A stretch of 64,000 nt of DNA from Candidatus Dojkabacteria bacterium (GCA_050950165.1 JBMNHC010000001.1:593073-657072), one strand, 5' to 3'; shown: positions 19,198 through 29,891, counted from the first letter of the stretch. Numbers and translations are program-made. The notes: generated by a model not told the origin, from the sequence alone.

Positions 19198-19725
19198 TTA
19201 ATACGTATATTGATATATATCCTTTTGAGAAGTAGAAATTTTCTTACCTTTCTTTTTAGCTAGAGGGTATCCATATGTAAATACTCTGCTTCCTGCTTTT
19301 AGTTCTTTTTCAAACTTTTTCTCTAATATTTCTAAAAGATCCATAGGTAGACAACAATATATGACGTCATATTTAGAGAGGTCTGTTTTAAGAAAATTCT
19401 CTTCTTTAATCTCTATCTTTCTGTTAAATGGAAAGAGTAAAAGTTTCTTAAGTTTGAAATATATTAAAAGCATAGGGCTAATCTCATACCCAGTACTAAA
19501 GCTTTTGTACTTTCTGTATACAGCAAAAACAACTCTTCCGTCTCCACTTCCTAAGTCTGTGAATTTCTCATCCTTCTTTAATTTAAAAAGAGGAAGTATA
19601 TCTTTTAGTATCTTTTTAGGTGTAGTAAAGAAGGGAGTAAAGAAGTTTAGTAAAAGAGATACCGTATATGCAAAGAAGAGTAGAGCTACTAAAAGTAATA
19701 TTGCAAGTGCTAATCCATTTGGCAT
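19198..19725 (-). CDS. Membrane-anchored class I SAM-dependent methyltransferase
   Basis: N-terminal TM; PFFTT, DLGSGDGR, GYEISP. Confidence 0.85.
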   Translation of the reverse strand: MPNGLALAILLLVALLFFAYTVSLLLNFFTPFFTTPKKILKDILPLFKLKKDEKFTDLGSGDGRVVFAVYRKYKSFSTGYEISPMLLIYFKLKKLLLFPFNRKIEIKEENFLKTDLSKYDVIYCCLPMDLLEILEKKFEKELKAGSRVFTYGYPLAKKKGKKISTSQKDIYQYTY

Positions 19726-19764
19726 ATGAGATAATATGTGGATTAAAAGTAATATATTAAATAT

Positions 19765-20466
19765 ATGATAGATGGAATTTTGATAATAGACAAGGAGGTA
19801 GGAATTACCTCTTACGATGTTATTAGAAAATTAAAGAGAGTATCAAAAAAAGGTCAGAAGATTGGTCATGGTGGTACACTAGATCCTTTTGCTTCTGGAG
19901 TACTTCTTGTTCTTTTAGGAAAAGCTACGAAGTTAATGGAGAGGGTTCTTTTGTTAGAAAAGGAATATATTGTTAAAGCAGAATTTGGATATATTACAGA
20001 TACTCAGGATATTGAGGGAGAGGTTTTACAAAGATGTTCTCTAATTCCAAAGTATGAGGATATTAAGGATGCTATACAGAGGAATTTTGTAGGAGATATT
20101 TTACAAACACCACCAATATATTCTGCAAAAAGGATTGGTGGTAAAAGAGCATATGATTTAGCAAGAGAAGGAGTGAAGCCTGAAATAGAGCCTAAGAGGG
20201 TTCATGTAGAGAAGTTTGAGATATTGAAGTATGAGTATCCATATATTGAGTGTAAAATATTGTGTAGTAGTGGTACATATATTAGGACTTTAATTAGTGA
20301 CTTAGGTAGAGAATTGGGAGCATATGCAACAGCAGTAGAGTTAAGAAGAACAAGTATTGGAAATTTTAGTGTAGAGGATGCACTCTCTTCTAAGTTGATA
20401 GATGAGGGAGTATATGAGAGGGTTATAGATGTATCTAAAGTTAGTTGTATGTTAAATGGAGAGTAA
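19765..20466 (+). CDS. truB: tRNA pseudouridine(55) synthase
   Basis: GHGGTLDPFASG, TDTQD, PPIYSAK, CSSGTYIR. Confidence 0.96.
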   Translation: MIDGILIIDKEVGITSYDVIRKLKRVSKKGQKIGHGGTLDPFASGVLLVLLGKATKLMERVLLLEKEYIVKAEFGYITDTQDIEGEVLQRCSLIPKYEDIKDAIQRNFVGDILQTPPIYSAKRIGGKRAYDLAREGVKPEIEPKRVHVEKFEILKYEYPYIECKILCSSGTYIRTLISDLGRELGAYATAVELRRTSIGNFSVEDALSSKLIDEGVYERVIDVSKVSCMLNGE

Positions 20467-21151
20467 AGGTAAGTTATATGTAGTTGCTACCCCTATTGGT
20501 AATTTAAAAGATATTACATACAGGGCTGTAGATATTTTAAACTCTGTTTCTTTTATTCTTGCAGAAGATACTAGAGAGAGTGCAAAGTTGTTACGAAGAT
20601 ACAATATCTCTACTCCACTTGTATCGTACAGGGATCAGAATCATTTTAAGATGATAGGTAAGATATTGGAGAAATTAGAGTTAGGACTTAATCTCGCTTT
20701 GGTATCTGATAGTGGAACACCATTAATTAGTGATCCTGGATTTAAGTTAGTAAGGGAGTTGAGAGAGAAGGGATATATTGTTGAAGCTATACCTGGTCCT
20801 AGTGCACTAGTTTCTGCTCTTTCAATATCTGGATTGCCTACAGATAAGTTCTCTTTTTTAGGTTTTCTTCCTAAATCTAATAAACGGAGAGAAGATATAT
20901 TGCGAAAGTATCTAGAGTTAGAATCTACCGTTGTATTATATGAATCACCTAGTCGTATCCTTGCTTTATTGGAGCTATTAAATGTAATTAGTAAAGATTG
21001 TAAAGTTGTTTTAGCAAAAGATCTAACTAAGAAAAGAGAGGAGCTATTACAAGGTACTCCTAACTCTCTTTTATCAGTACTTCGAAAGAGAGGTTATGAC
21101 AAGAAAGCCTATGGTGAGTTTGTTGTAATTATCTCTTGCCAAAAAGGTTAG
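20456..21151 (+). CDS. rsmI: 16S rRNA C1402 2'-O-methyltransferase
   Basis: LYVVATPIGNL.DIT.RA, AEDTR, SDSGTPLISDPG, YESP.R. Confidence 0.96.
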   Translation: MESKGKLYVVATPIGNLKDITYRAVDILNSVSFILAEDTRESAKLLRRYNISTPLVSYRDQNHFKMIGKILEKLELGLNLALVSDSGTPLISDPGFKLVRELREKGYIVEAIPGPSALVSALSISGLPTDKFSFLGFLPKSNKRREDILRKYLELESTVVLYESPSRILALLELLNVISKDCKVVLAKDLTKKREELLQGTPNSLLSVLRKRGYDKKAYGEFVVIISCQKG

Positions 21152-22019
21152 TATAGTTGGTGTCTGTTTCTTCTTCTAACTTTTGTGCAGAGATACCTTT
21201 TATAGCTGCTGCTATTTCAATAATCTCTTTTATTAAAACTGGTCTACCATATTTTTTGTTTTCCTTTTTATTCTTTCTGATACTTTGTGTTGGTAAGAAT
21301 GGTCCATCTGTTTCAAAAAGTATTCTTTCAACGGGAGTCTTTTTTAATATCTCTCTTACATTATCTCCACTAGGGTATGTAATTATTGCATTAAATCCTA
21401 TATAAAATCCCATATTAAGAATATCTTCTAACATCTCTATAGAGCCGGTATAGCTATGAAAACAACCTCTGAGAGTACCTTTTCCTACCTCTGCAAGTAT
21501 CTCTAGTACATCTTTGGTGCACTGTATACTTTCTTCAATATCTCTTGAGTGTATACTAAGTGGTAAGTCATTCTCCTTTGCTATTTTACACTGAGCTCTA
21601 AATGCTATCTTCTGTACTTCTTTAATCTCTTCTTCTCTCTCTTTCGTTGTATTTAGATATGTATATATTTCAAAGTAGTCTAATCCACACTCTCCTACTG
21701 CTTTTACCTTCTCACTGTTTTTCTTAAAGAGTTCTTCTAAAAGTTCTAGTTGTTTTTTAGAGTATCTATACAGATCTACACTGCTATCTCTCTGATGAGC
21801 TTCTGCAAATATTGTTGGGTGTAGGCCTAGTGCTAGATCTGCAATATCTCCAAAGGAGTTGTTAATTTTTTCTACAATCTCTAAGGTCTCTACTAAATCG
21901 CTACTCTCGGTACTTTGTACAAGTATCTTTTTACCTCCCTTTTTTATAAACTCATCTATATCACTAAGGTAGTTTTCTTTAAGAGGGCTTAATGCCATAT
22001 GTATATGTGAATCGTGCAT
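21129..22019 (-). CDS. tatD: TatD-family hydrolase/DNase
   Basis: DSHIH, GLHP, GECGLDY, IHSR, FHSY, ETDGPFL. Confidence 0.93.
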   Translation of the reverse strand: MHDSHIHMALSPLKENYLSDIDEFIKKGGKKILVQSTESSDLVETLEIVEKINNSFGDIADLALGLHPTIFAEAHQRDSSVDLYRYSKKQLELLEELFKKNSEKVKAVGECGLDYFEIYTYLNTTKEREEEIKEVQKIAFRAQCKIAKENDLPLSIHSRDIEESIQCTKDVLEILAEVGKGTLRGCFHSYTGSIEMLEDILNMGFYIGFNAIITYPSGDNVREILKKTPVERILFETDGPFLPTQSIRKNKKENKKYGRPVLIKEIIEIAAAIKGISAQKLEEETDTNYTNLFGKR

Positions 22020-22087
22020 AACTGTATTCTAGCATAGATGGTGTAGTATAATGTAGGTTGAAGTAATGTGATACAATATAGCTTGTT

Positions 22088-22789
22088 ATGAAAAAAAGAT
22101 GGAATGTTAATTGGTTGGTGATAATTACAGTATGTTTGCTCCTTTCTGCATTGAGTCTTTTCTATGCATCTTTTGAAAACAGTTTAGGTTTTACTAAGTG
22201 TGCATATGGAGATATTGTTTACAACGGAGATAAAAGTTGTATGTGTGATAGTAAGGGCAAGCTCATATGTGATGAGGATGTTGATTTTATGGTTGAGTCT
22301 GCTGACTTTACAACAGAGAATTTAGGTTTTACATATGGGTTTCAAAATTTAATTACTAATCAAGAGTCTCCTTCTCAGACTGTTAGGTTTGTTAATATCT
22401 CTCAGGTTGGAAATATATTAAGGGTTGTAGTTGAGAAGAGTACTTTGTGTAATGAGGATAACTTAGTTGCTCCTCATGTCGGTTTTTACAAGTATGAGAA
22501 AGATAAGATTACATTTACAATTGGAGAGAACTTTGTAGATACTTCTTTTAATATACCTTGTATGAGTGAATCTCTGTTTGAAATTAGAGATATGTCTGTA
22601 AAGTTTAGTGATGACTTTAAGATATATTTCCAAGATCAATTGGGAACTCTTACACCTGCTAGAAACTGTTCATATGAAGGATTTCTTAAAAATGAAGGAG
22701 ATGTGTATAACTCCTCTGATGGTTGTTTTATCTGTACCTGTAAGTTAGGTCAAAACAGCTGTGAGAAAGAGAAAAGATGTTTAAAGTAA
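22088..22789 (+). CDS. Exported Cys-rich hypothetical protein with two VWC/pacifastin-like modules
   Basis: N-terminal TM; C..GD......SCMC....L.C and C.......GD.Y..SDGC..CTC..G...C. Confidence 0.6.
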   Translation: MKKRWNVNWLVIITVCLLLSALSLFYASFENSLGFTKCAYGDIVYNGDKSCMCDSKGKLICDEDVDFMVESADFTTENLGFTYGFQNLITNQESPSQTVRFVNISQVGNILRVVVEKSTLCNEDNLVAPHVGFYKYEKDKITFTIGENFVDTSFNIPCMSESLFEIRDMSVKFSDDFKIYFQDQLGTLTPARNCSYEGFLKNEGDVYNSSDGCFICTCKLGQNSCEKEKRCLK

Positions 22790-23809
22790 TCCTACATAAA
22801 GACCTAGTATTGAGAGAAAGAATGTGAATAGCCAGAATCTCATTGTCACTTTATACTGTGACCATCCAATAGCTTGAAAGTGATGGTGCAAAGGTGCAAT
22901 CTTAAATACTCTCTTTTTGAAAAACTTCATACTTAGCATCTGTATAGCAGTAGATGCCATGATGACCCAAGTAATTGATGTCATTAGGAAATATGCAGGT
23001 AGATTACTACTAACTAAGCCGATGAAAAAGAGTGCAAACGCTATCGGCATAGCTCCAGGCCCTCCATTCCAGAATCTTGCAGGAGGAATATTGAAGTAAA
23101 GGTCGACAATTTCTACTCCAAGAAGAATTGCTAAGAATGGTAAGAATTCATACTGTCCTTGTACAAGAAGTAATACTATGAATACAGATGTAATTATTAT
23201 AAATATTCCCATCATTAGTCCATCTAATCCATCTGTAAGCTCTCCAGCATATATTGCAAATTGACCTACAATGGCAGATATTACCAATACCAGAGGTGTA
23301 AATGAAAATACAATGTTGTTAAAAAGTGTAAAGCTTTCAAACTCACCAGTTTTGTAAAGTAGATACATAACGAAGATATTAAGTAAGATTGCGATAAAAA
23401 GCTTACCTAATCTCCACTCGAAAGTTTCTTGTAATGCTTTCATCTTTGGATTATTTTTAAATCCATTTGTAAAGATTGCTACATCGATAAAGCCCCAGAA
23501 GCCAAAAATTAAAAAACCTACTAGTAATACCTTAAGTAATGGAGTAAGGGGTACAGATATTAAAGTGATTAGTGGTACAACTATCCATATTAAAATACCT
23601 CCCATATTAGGAGTACCGTTTGTTTTAGTTGCATTCATAATTCGCATAAACATGGAGTTTGTTCCTCTTCTAGATCCTAGTTTAGTCTTCTTTAATCCAC
23701 TAACTTGATTAAATTTATAGAGCATTCCAATTATTATCGGTGCAAGGAAGATAGATACAACAGTGGAGATTAGTAAATAGTTAAGACTCTCTTTTAGTAT
23801 GGAAACCAT
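22781..23809 (-). CDS. mraY: Phospho-N-acetylmuramoyl-pentapeptide transferase
   Basis: TPNMGG, TDGLDGL, FNIPPA, APLHHHF; multi-TM; in dcw cluster. Confidence 0.93.
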   Translation of the reverse strand: MVSILKESLNYLLISTVVSIFLAPIIIGMLYKFNQVSGLKKTKLGSRRGTNSMFMRIMNATKTNGTPNMGGILIWIVVPLITLISVPLTPLLKVLLVGFLIFGFWGFIDVAIFTNGFKNNPKMKALQETFEWRLGKLFIAILLNIFVMYLLYKTGEFESFTLFNNIVFSFTPLVLVISAIVGQFAIYAGELTDGLDGLMMGIFIIITSVFIVLLLVQGQYEFLPFLAILLGVEIVDLYFNIPPARFWNGGPGAMPIAFALFFIGLVSSNLPAYFLMTSITWVIMASTAIQMLSMKFFKKRVFKIAPLHHHFQAIGWSQYKVTMRFWLFTFFLSILGLYVGLL

Positions 23810-23841
23810 TAGATGTAATTCTTAATTTATTTCTAATTATC

Positions 23842-25698
23842 TCAATTCTTTTTAGGAATTTCCAGGTCATTAACAATACCTAAGAAAATCTCTGTCCAAA
23901 GAGGAACAACAGTAGAGGATGCATATGGATTATTCTTAGGTTCTTCTAATCTAACAAGCATAATCATCTTAGCATCGTCTGCAGGAGCAAATCCTACGAA
24001 GGTAGTAATTGTCTTTTTCTCTTCATATCCTGGACCATCTTTCTTTGCAATTTGAGCTGTTCCTGTCTTACCTGCAATGTAGTAGTCCGAAAGAAGATCT
24101 ATCTCTTTCTTGTTAATTCCACCATCTTCTATAACATGGGACATCATAGTTGCAACCTTGTCTGCAACTTCTTTAGATATCGGTTTTGAGAGAGTCTGAG
24201 GTGTAAATTTAATAGTCTCTTTCTCATCTGAAATTTCTGAGATAATGTAAGGTCTCATTCTAGTTCCATGATTAGCTATGGCAGAGAGAGCAGATGTTAT
24301 TTGCAGTGGTGTGGCAGAGATACCTTGACCGTAAGAGGCTGTAATGATATCTAATCTAGTCCAAAGAGAGAAAGGTTTTAAATAGCTACTAGACTCTTCT
24401 TGTAGTCCTATGCCAATAAACTCCCCTATTCCAAACTCTTTTAGTTTTGAGTAGTAGTAAGCATAATCTATTTTAAGAGCGGTTTTTGCTATACATGGGT
24501 TATTCGAGTTTTTAAGCATATCTGCTAAATTCTGTAATCCATCTGGTCTCCTATCCCATGTACTGATTCTTCTTCCTTTTAAATCGGCATACCCAGTAGC
24601 GGTAAAGAGGTCTAAATATCCAGTCTTATCCTCACAGGTATAATTTTCATCTACAGCTTCAGACTCTAGAGCAAGAGCTACTGTAATGGGTTTGTGAACA
24701 GAACCATATTCATATACATCTGCTACTGCTAGATTTTTAAAAACCCACGGGTCTGATACTCTCCAATATTCATTAGGATTAAATGTTGGATAGTTTGCCA
24801 TTACAATGATTTCTCCTGTCTTTGGATTCATCACTATTACAGTACCACTCTTAGCACCAGTTCTTTCAACTCCTGTTTTTAGATACCTCTCTACTTTATT
24901 CTGTGCAGATGGTCGAATCGTAAGTTTAAAATCTTTACCAGATCTAGGAAGTACAGGCTCATACTCGGCAGTTAGAATGGTGTTTCCTCTAGAGTCTTTC
25001 TCTTCGTATGTATACCCTTCTTTACCTGTAATATCTCCAAAGTAGAAACCTTCTATTCCGTACTGTCCTAAGTCATTACCTTTTGAATCTTTACCGATAA
25101 AGCCTAGAACATGTGAAGCTAATTCAGCATTTGGATATATTCTTTTTACTCCCTTCTCAAAATGAAGACCGAAACCTCTTCTGTTTATTTTCTCTGTACC
25201 AAAGATATTTTCAGATTGTAGTGCATTCTTTTTTTCATTATCTACTCCCTTTGCTAATACAGCATATACAAAATCATCTGTTATCTTACTTGCTATCTCT
25301 GCATTTTCGACTGAAAGTATAGAGGATACTGTTGCTATAAACTGGTCTTTTTTGCTAAAAAATAACTTTCTTTCATCAGGATCCTGACTAAGAGTTGCAT
25401 ATATATTCCATACAGGTTGATCTACTGCCAATACTGTGCCGTCACTTGCTTTAATAATACCCCTTTGAGCAGAGTTAATATTACTCTCTTGATATTGTTG
25501 TTTAGCCATTAGTTGGAATTTCTCTGATTGTAATACCTGCCATCTAAATATTTGAAACAGTATTATGAATCCAAAAAGAGTAATTAGAACTATCACTAGG
25601 TTATAGTTGTTCTTTTGAATTTTAGAAAAGAGAGTTTTTTTCTCCTTCTTAGAAACAGAGTGAAGAGTAGATAGCTTACTCATTAGATCTATTAGCAA
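23842..25698 (-). CDS. ftsI: Class B PBP (FtsI/PBP3-like)
   Basis: RGII, YEYGSVHK (SxxK), SNN, GKTGTAQ; follows ftsL-like gene; real start possibly 25683. Confidence 0.9.
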   Translation of the reverse strand: MLIDLMSKLSTLHSVSKKEKKTLFSKIQKNNYNLVIVLITLFGFIILFQIFRWQVLQSEKFQLMAKQQYQESNINSAQRGIIKASDGTVLAVDQPVWNIYATLSQDPDERKLFFSKKDQFIATVSSILSVENAEIASKITDDFVYAVLAKGVDNEKKNALQSENIFGTEKINRRGFGLHFEKGVKRIYPNAELASHVLGFIGKDSKGNDLGQYGIEGFYFGDITGKEGYTYEEKDSRGNTILTAEYEPVLPRSGKDFKLTIRPSAQNKVERYLKTGVERTGAKSGTVIVMNPKTGEIIVMANYPTFNPNEYWRVSDPWVFKNLAVADVYEYGSVHKPITVALALESEAVDENYTCEDKTGYLDLFTATGYADLKGRRISTWDRRPDGLQNLADMLKNSNNPCIAKTALKIDYAYYYSKLKEFGIGEFIGIGLQEESSSYLKPFSLWTRLDIITASYGQGISATPLQITSALSAIANHGTRMRPYIISEISDEKETIKFTPQTLSKPISKEVADKVATMMSHVIEDGGINKKEIDLLSDYYIAGKTGTAQIAKKDGPGYEEKKTITTFVGFAPADDAKMIMLVRLEEPKNNPYASSTVVPLWTEIFLGIVNDLEIPKKN

Positions 25699-25990
25699 CT
25701 AATGTCTTATCTGTTATGTACAGTACTGTTTGCTTTTTATCTGGAGTAAGGTTTAATTTTTTCTCAGAGAGATTCTCAATGACTTTGATCGAGTTGTTCT
25801 TAGCAATATCTTCAGATATCTTCCTGTTTTCTTCTAAGAGATATTCTTTTTCACTGTTTAGTGTTTGAAGTTTTACACCTAATGGAGTAAGTATTGAGTT
25901 TACTACTAGCTGAGAGCTACCGAAAACAATGAGGGTTAGTAAAAATACTTTGAAAATGATATTTGATTTTCTATTCTTCTGGTTATTCAT
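25676..25990 (-). CDS. ftsL: FtsL-like cell division protein
   Basis: Short basic N-terminus, TM and coiled coil; canonical position between rsmH and ftsI. Confidence 0.65.
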   Translation of the reverse strand: MNNQKNRKSNIIFKVFLLTLIVFGSSQLVVNSILTPLGVKLQTLNSEKEYLLEENRKISEDIAKNNSIKVIENLSEKKLNLTPDKKQTVLYITDKTLVANRSNE

Positions 25991-25997
25991 TATGTTA

Positions 25998-26885
25998 TTA
26001 GCTTTTTATTAATGTCCTTAACTTTGCAGATGCGGATCTAGGGTTCTCCATTATTTCTTTGTTGGTTGGGGCAAAAACATTTTTATAAAGAAGAACCCCT
26101 TTTCCGCTATCTACAATATTGTGAAAGAAATTCTTCACAATACGATCTTCAAGAGAGTGGAAAGTTATTACAGATAGCCTTCCATTCTTGTTCAAGATCT
26201 CAAAAGAATTGTCTAAACCTCTCTTAAGACTATTAAGTTCATCATTTACCACTATCCGCAGGGCCTGAAAGACCCTGCGTGAAGGGTTCTTAGAACTTTG
26301 ATGAGCTGCCGGCACAACTCTATAGACAAGTCTTGTTAGATCTCCAACAGTATTAATATTTGTGATATTTTTCTTAATCTCTGATGCTATTCTTTTGGAA
26401 TATCTCTCTTCTCCATATGAGAAAAAGAGTCTAGCTAATTCTTTCTCTGGTAGAGCAACTAGTAAGTCTTTTGCACTTACTGCTAAGCTCTCATCCATCC
26501 TCATATCTAGTGGCTCATTCTCTTTTAAGTAACTAAATCCTCTATTAAAAGAGTGCTCTAGTTGTCTTGAAGATATGCCCAGATCCATTAGTATGCCATC
26601 AACTGTTCTATTAAACTCAGAGGATATCTCTTTTATATTAGAGAAATTACCCTGTTTAATTACCCAGTTCTCTTTAAGTTCGTTCTTGTAGAACTTAGAA
26701 ACAAACTCTATCGCATGTATATCTTGATCTATACTTAAAAGTAATCCTTTAGGAGAGAGTTTTTTAAAAATCTCAAAACTGTGTCCTCCATCTCCCAAAG
26801 TACAATCTATGTAGAAACCATCTGGTTTGATATCTAGAGATTTAATTGTTTCTTTAAGTAGAACAGGAATATGGATCTTTTCCAT
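25998..26885 (-). CDS. rsmH: 16S rRNA m4C1402 methyltransferase
   Basis: HIPVLL, DCTLGDGGHS, DLGISS, LDMRM, FQALRI.VN.EL, FHSLEDR. Confidence 0.97.
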   Translation of the reverse strand: MEKIHIPVLLKETIKSLDIKPDGFYIDCTLGDGGHSFEIFKKLSPKGLLLSIDQDIHAIEFVSKFYKNELKENWVIKQGNFSNIKEISSEFNRTVDGILMDLGISSRQLEHSFNRGFSYLKENEPLDMRMDESLAVSAKDLLVALPEKELARLFFSYGEERYSKRIASEIKKNITNINTVGDLTRLVYRVVPAAHQSSKNPSRRVFQALRIVVNDELNSLKRGLDNSFEILNKNGRLSVITFHSLEDRIVKNFFHNIVDSGKGVLLYKNVFAPTNKEIMENPRSASAKLRTLIKS

Positions 26886-27322
26886 TACTTTTCAGAGCTC
26901 ATTTTACTAATCTCATCTGCTATCTCCTCTCCGTGCTTTTTAAGGTATGTAAGTCTCTCTTCCCATTTCTCTCTATCCCATATCTCTATCCAGTTAACCA
27001 GTCCGATAAAGACAACGTCTTTACTAAGTTGAGCGTGTTCAAAGAGAGCTTCTGGTATTAAGAATCTGCCTAATTTGTCAATGGTAATTTCTACAGCTCC
27101 TCCTACTAAGAATCTGCTTGTATCACGAATATTTTTATTTATAAAAGAGCCATCCATTACTTCCTTTGCAACCCTACTCCACATCTTCTTGTTAACAAGT
27201 ATCAATGAGTCTTCATATCCTCTTGTTAGTATAATTTCCGTACCTAATTGATCTCTAAATTTTTTAGGAAGTGATACTCTTTTCTTCTCACCTACTTTAC
27301 TTCTGTATTCTCCAATTATCAT
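26885..27322 (-). CDS. mraZ: Division/cell-wall cluster repressor MraZ
   Basis: GEY.....KKRVSLP..FR, DKLGRFLIP, IEIW. Confidence 0.95.
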   Translation of the reverse strand: MIIGEYRSKVGEKKRVSLPKKFRDQLGTEIILTRGYEDSLILVNKKMWSRVAKEVMDGSFINKNIRDTSRFLVGGAVEITIDKLGRFLIPEALFEHAQLSKDVVFIGLVNWIEIWDREKWEERLTYLKKHGEEIADEISKMSSEK

Positions 27323-27340
27323 AGTATCTATATATCATAA

Positions 27341-27399
27341 CTTTCCACCTTTTACCACCTCTTGCCACTAATGTATCACTGTTTAATGTAAAGGGTCAA
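27341..27399 (-). promoter_or_regulatory. mraZ promoter with three MraZ-binding GTGG boxes
   Basis: Minus strand TAGTGGCAAG-AGGTGGTAAA-AGGTGGAAAG (GTGG at 10-nt period: 27365-68, 27355-58, 27345-48); TTGACC 27394-27399 and TGaTACATT -10 at 27370-27375. Confidence 0.8.
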
Positions 27400-27430
27400 G
27401 AGAGAAATACTACAAGCTACTCTTTATTAG

Positions 27431-27452
27431 AAAAATCCCTCTTAAGAGGGAT
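27431..27452 (-). terminator. Putative terminator downstream of murA
   Basis: ATCCCTC-TTAA-GAGGGAT inverted repeat with T run on the minus strand. Confidence 0.5.
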
Positions 27453-27558
27453 AACTTAAATTTGGAAGATTTAGTAAGATACCTGATAGAAGAGACGGAG
27501 AGGATGCACAAAAGGAGTGTTAATAGGGGAAAACTTTAATATTGCAATACTATATCTG

Positions 27559-28851
27559 TTATTCAGACCATTTAATATCTGCTCCTAATCTCTGAAGATT
27601 TTCAACAAAATGGGGATGAGCTCTTTTAATACTATCAGCATCTCTTATCACACTCTCTCCTTCAATGGTTAATGCTACCATTAGAAGTGCAACTGTTGCC
27701 CTTATTATATTAGGAGCATCTACAGTTGCAGGAGTTAGCTTTTTATTACCAAACACTATTACTCTGTGAGGATCACACATTACAATATGTGCTCCAAACT
27801 TTATCATCTCAGGAATCCAGAAGAGTCCTCCTTCATATATTTTGTTCCAGAACATAATATTACCCTCAGATTTGACAGCAAGTGCTAGCATGAGAGGAAG
27901 AAGGTCTGCAGGAAAGTATGGCCAAGGAGCAGCCTCTACTTTTTGAAGGAGATTTGATGTGTATGGATTAACTATTTTAAGAGGATTATTACTCTCTATA
28001 TATGCAGTATCATTGTCATATTTAACTAAGACTCCAAACTTTGCAAAAGTTTTATTTATTAATGGAAAATGATTTGGAATTGCATTATTAACCCTTACAT
28101 CTCCTCCAGTCATTGCACCTAGTGCAAGTAAGGTAGTTATCTCATGATGATCAGACGAGACAGTAAACTCAGTACCGTGTAGCCTCTCTACACCCTCTAC
28201 TATTAAAGTAGAAGACCCTATACCCTCTATCTTTGCTCCCATACTAATAAGGAAATTACAGAGATCTTGAACATGAGGCTCAGATGCACTATTTACCATC
28301 TTAGATTTCCCCTCTGCCAGTACTGCAGCCATTAAAAAGTTTTCTGTTGTTGTTACAGACATGTAATCTTGCCAGAGAGAACCTCCTCTTAATCCATCAG
28401 TTGCATCTATCTTTATTCCACTATTAGTAGTTACTTTTGCACCTAACTCTTTTAATACCTCAAGATGTGGGTCAATCTCTCTAATACCTAAAGCACATCC
28501 ACCAATCTCTTCATTTATTTCTAAGACTTTGTGTCTGTGAAGTAGTGGAGCAAGTATTAAAAGTGCACCTCTCATACCTAGAGGGAAACCTTCATCTCCA
28601 AAAGTATCACAGAAATTAGAGTTATCTATACGCACTGTCTGCTTCTCTTTATCCCACTCTATTTTAGAGCCAAGTTCCATCATTAAAGTGACTAACTTTT
28701 CAATATCTGTTAATTCAGGAAAATTATGTATAACTATTGGTTCATTAGTTAAAAGTGTTGCACAAAGTATTGGTAGTGCAGAGTTTTTATTTCCTGCAGG
28801 AGTAATCTCTCCATTTAATTTCTTACCACCTTTTACTATTAAATCTGCCAT
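27559..28851 (-). CDS. murA: UDP-N-acetylglucosamine 1-carboxyvinyltransferase
   Basis: GNKNSALP, GGCALG.R.ID.H, SVTTTEN, EPHVQDL, PWPYFPADL. Confidence 0.95.
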   Translation of the reverse strand: MADLIVKGGKKLNGEITPAGNKNSALPILCATLLTNEPIVIHNFPELTDIEKLVTLMMELGSKIEWDKEKQTVRIDNSNFCDTFGDEGFPLGMRGALLILAPLLHRHKVLEINEEIGGCALGIREIDPHLEVLKELGAKVTTNSGIKIDATDGLRGGSLWQDYMSVTTTENFLMAAVLAEGKSKMVNSASEPHVQDLCNFLISMGAKIEGIGSSTLIVEGVERLHGTEFTVSSDHHEITTLLALGAMTGGDVRVNNAIPNHFPLINKTFAKFGVLVKYDNDTAYIESNNPLKIVNPYTSNLLQKVEAAPWPYFPADLLPLMLALAVKSEGNIMFWNKIYEGGLFWIPEMIKFGAHIVMCDPHRVIVFGNKKLTPATVDAPNIIRATVALLMVALTIEGESVIRDADSIKRAHPHFVENLQRLGADIKWSE

Positions 28852-28858
28852 ATTAATT

Positions 28859-29881
28859 TTAAAAAATATTAATTTCAGGCTCTAAGTAGAGACCTGTATG
28901 CTCTTTGAAATTGTCTTGCATTTTAAGTATAAAAGCAAGAATCTCTTTGCCACTAGCTCCTCCATAGTTTGTAACGATTAAGGGATGATATATCCATGTA
29001 CCAACATTTCTTTCTCTTCTGTTTTTCCACCCCAATTTATCTAAGATATATGCAGTAGGTATCTTAACAATATCTTTCTGTTCAGTTTCAAATGATGGTA
29101 ATCCAACAAACTTCTGCTCTAACTCTTTGTACTTATTGATATCTACTAACAGATTCTTAAATGTACTACCACAAGATCCATACTCTTCTATTGGAGGCAA
29201 TTTCTCTTTTCTAATATCTCTAACAATCTGCAAGAGAGAATTAAGATCTACTTCTCTATCACCTATCTTTTCTTTTATCCCTGCATACTCTATATATCTG
29301 TCATCCAATATACCTTTGTACTTTTTTAGTTTAAGTATTACTTGGGTAATGACTACTTTATCTTTAAGTTCGTTTTTAAAAACACTATCCCTATATCCAA
29401 AATGACATTCCTCATTTGTTAGAATCTGCTCTTTACCATCTTCTAAGTTATATATCTTTACTCCCTCTATATATTCTTTAATCTCTACTCCATATGCCCC
29501 TATATTTTGTATTGGAGAACTACCTACATTACCAGGAATATCTATTAGATTTTGCAAACCTAAAAGATTTGCTTTTGTACTCCACAATACTAAGTCATTC
29601 CAATCTACTCCTGCATTAACCTTAACTACAGTCTCTTCACTATCCTCTTGCTCTATTTCAATACCAGTATTTCTCAAAAGAAAGATTGTACCTTCGAAGT
29701 CTTTAGTAAAGAGAGTATTTGAGCCTCTTCCTAAAAAGAGAATATTAGTATCTTTAAGGTATGGAGTAATATCTGAGGAGAGAAGATCTCTACTATCCTC
29801 TATCGTAATGAGTCTGTTAGCTATCACATCAACATGAAAAGTGTTATATTTTTTAAGAGAAACTCCCTTCTGTATTTTCAT
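28859..29881 (-). CDS. murB: UDP-N-acetylmuramate dehydrogenase
   Basis: YNTF, LG.GSN, IPGNVG..PIQNIGAYG, FGYRDS.FK, GSTFKN, LEPE. Confidence 0.96.
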   Translation of the reverse strand: MKIQKGVSLKKYNTFHVDVIANRLITIEDSRDLLSSDITPYLKDTNILFLGRGSNTLFTKDFEGTIFLLRNTGIEIEQEDSEETVVKVNAGVDWNDLVLWSTKANLLGLQNLIDIPGNVGSSPIQNIGAYGVEIKEYIEGVKIYNLEDGKEQILTNEECHFGYRDSVFKNELKDKVVITQVILKLKKYKGILDDRYIEYAGIKEKIGDREVDLNSLLQIVRDIRKEKLPPIEEYGSCGSTFKNLLVDINKYKELEQKFVGLPSFETEQKDIVKIPTAYILDKLGWKNRRERNVGTWIYHPLIVTNYGGASGKEILAFILKMQDNFKEHTGLYLEPEINIF

Positions 29882-29891
29882 ACATATTTAT

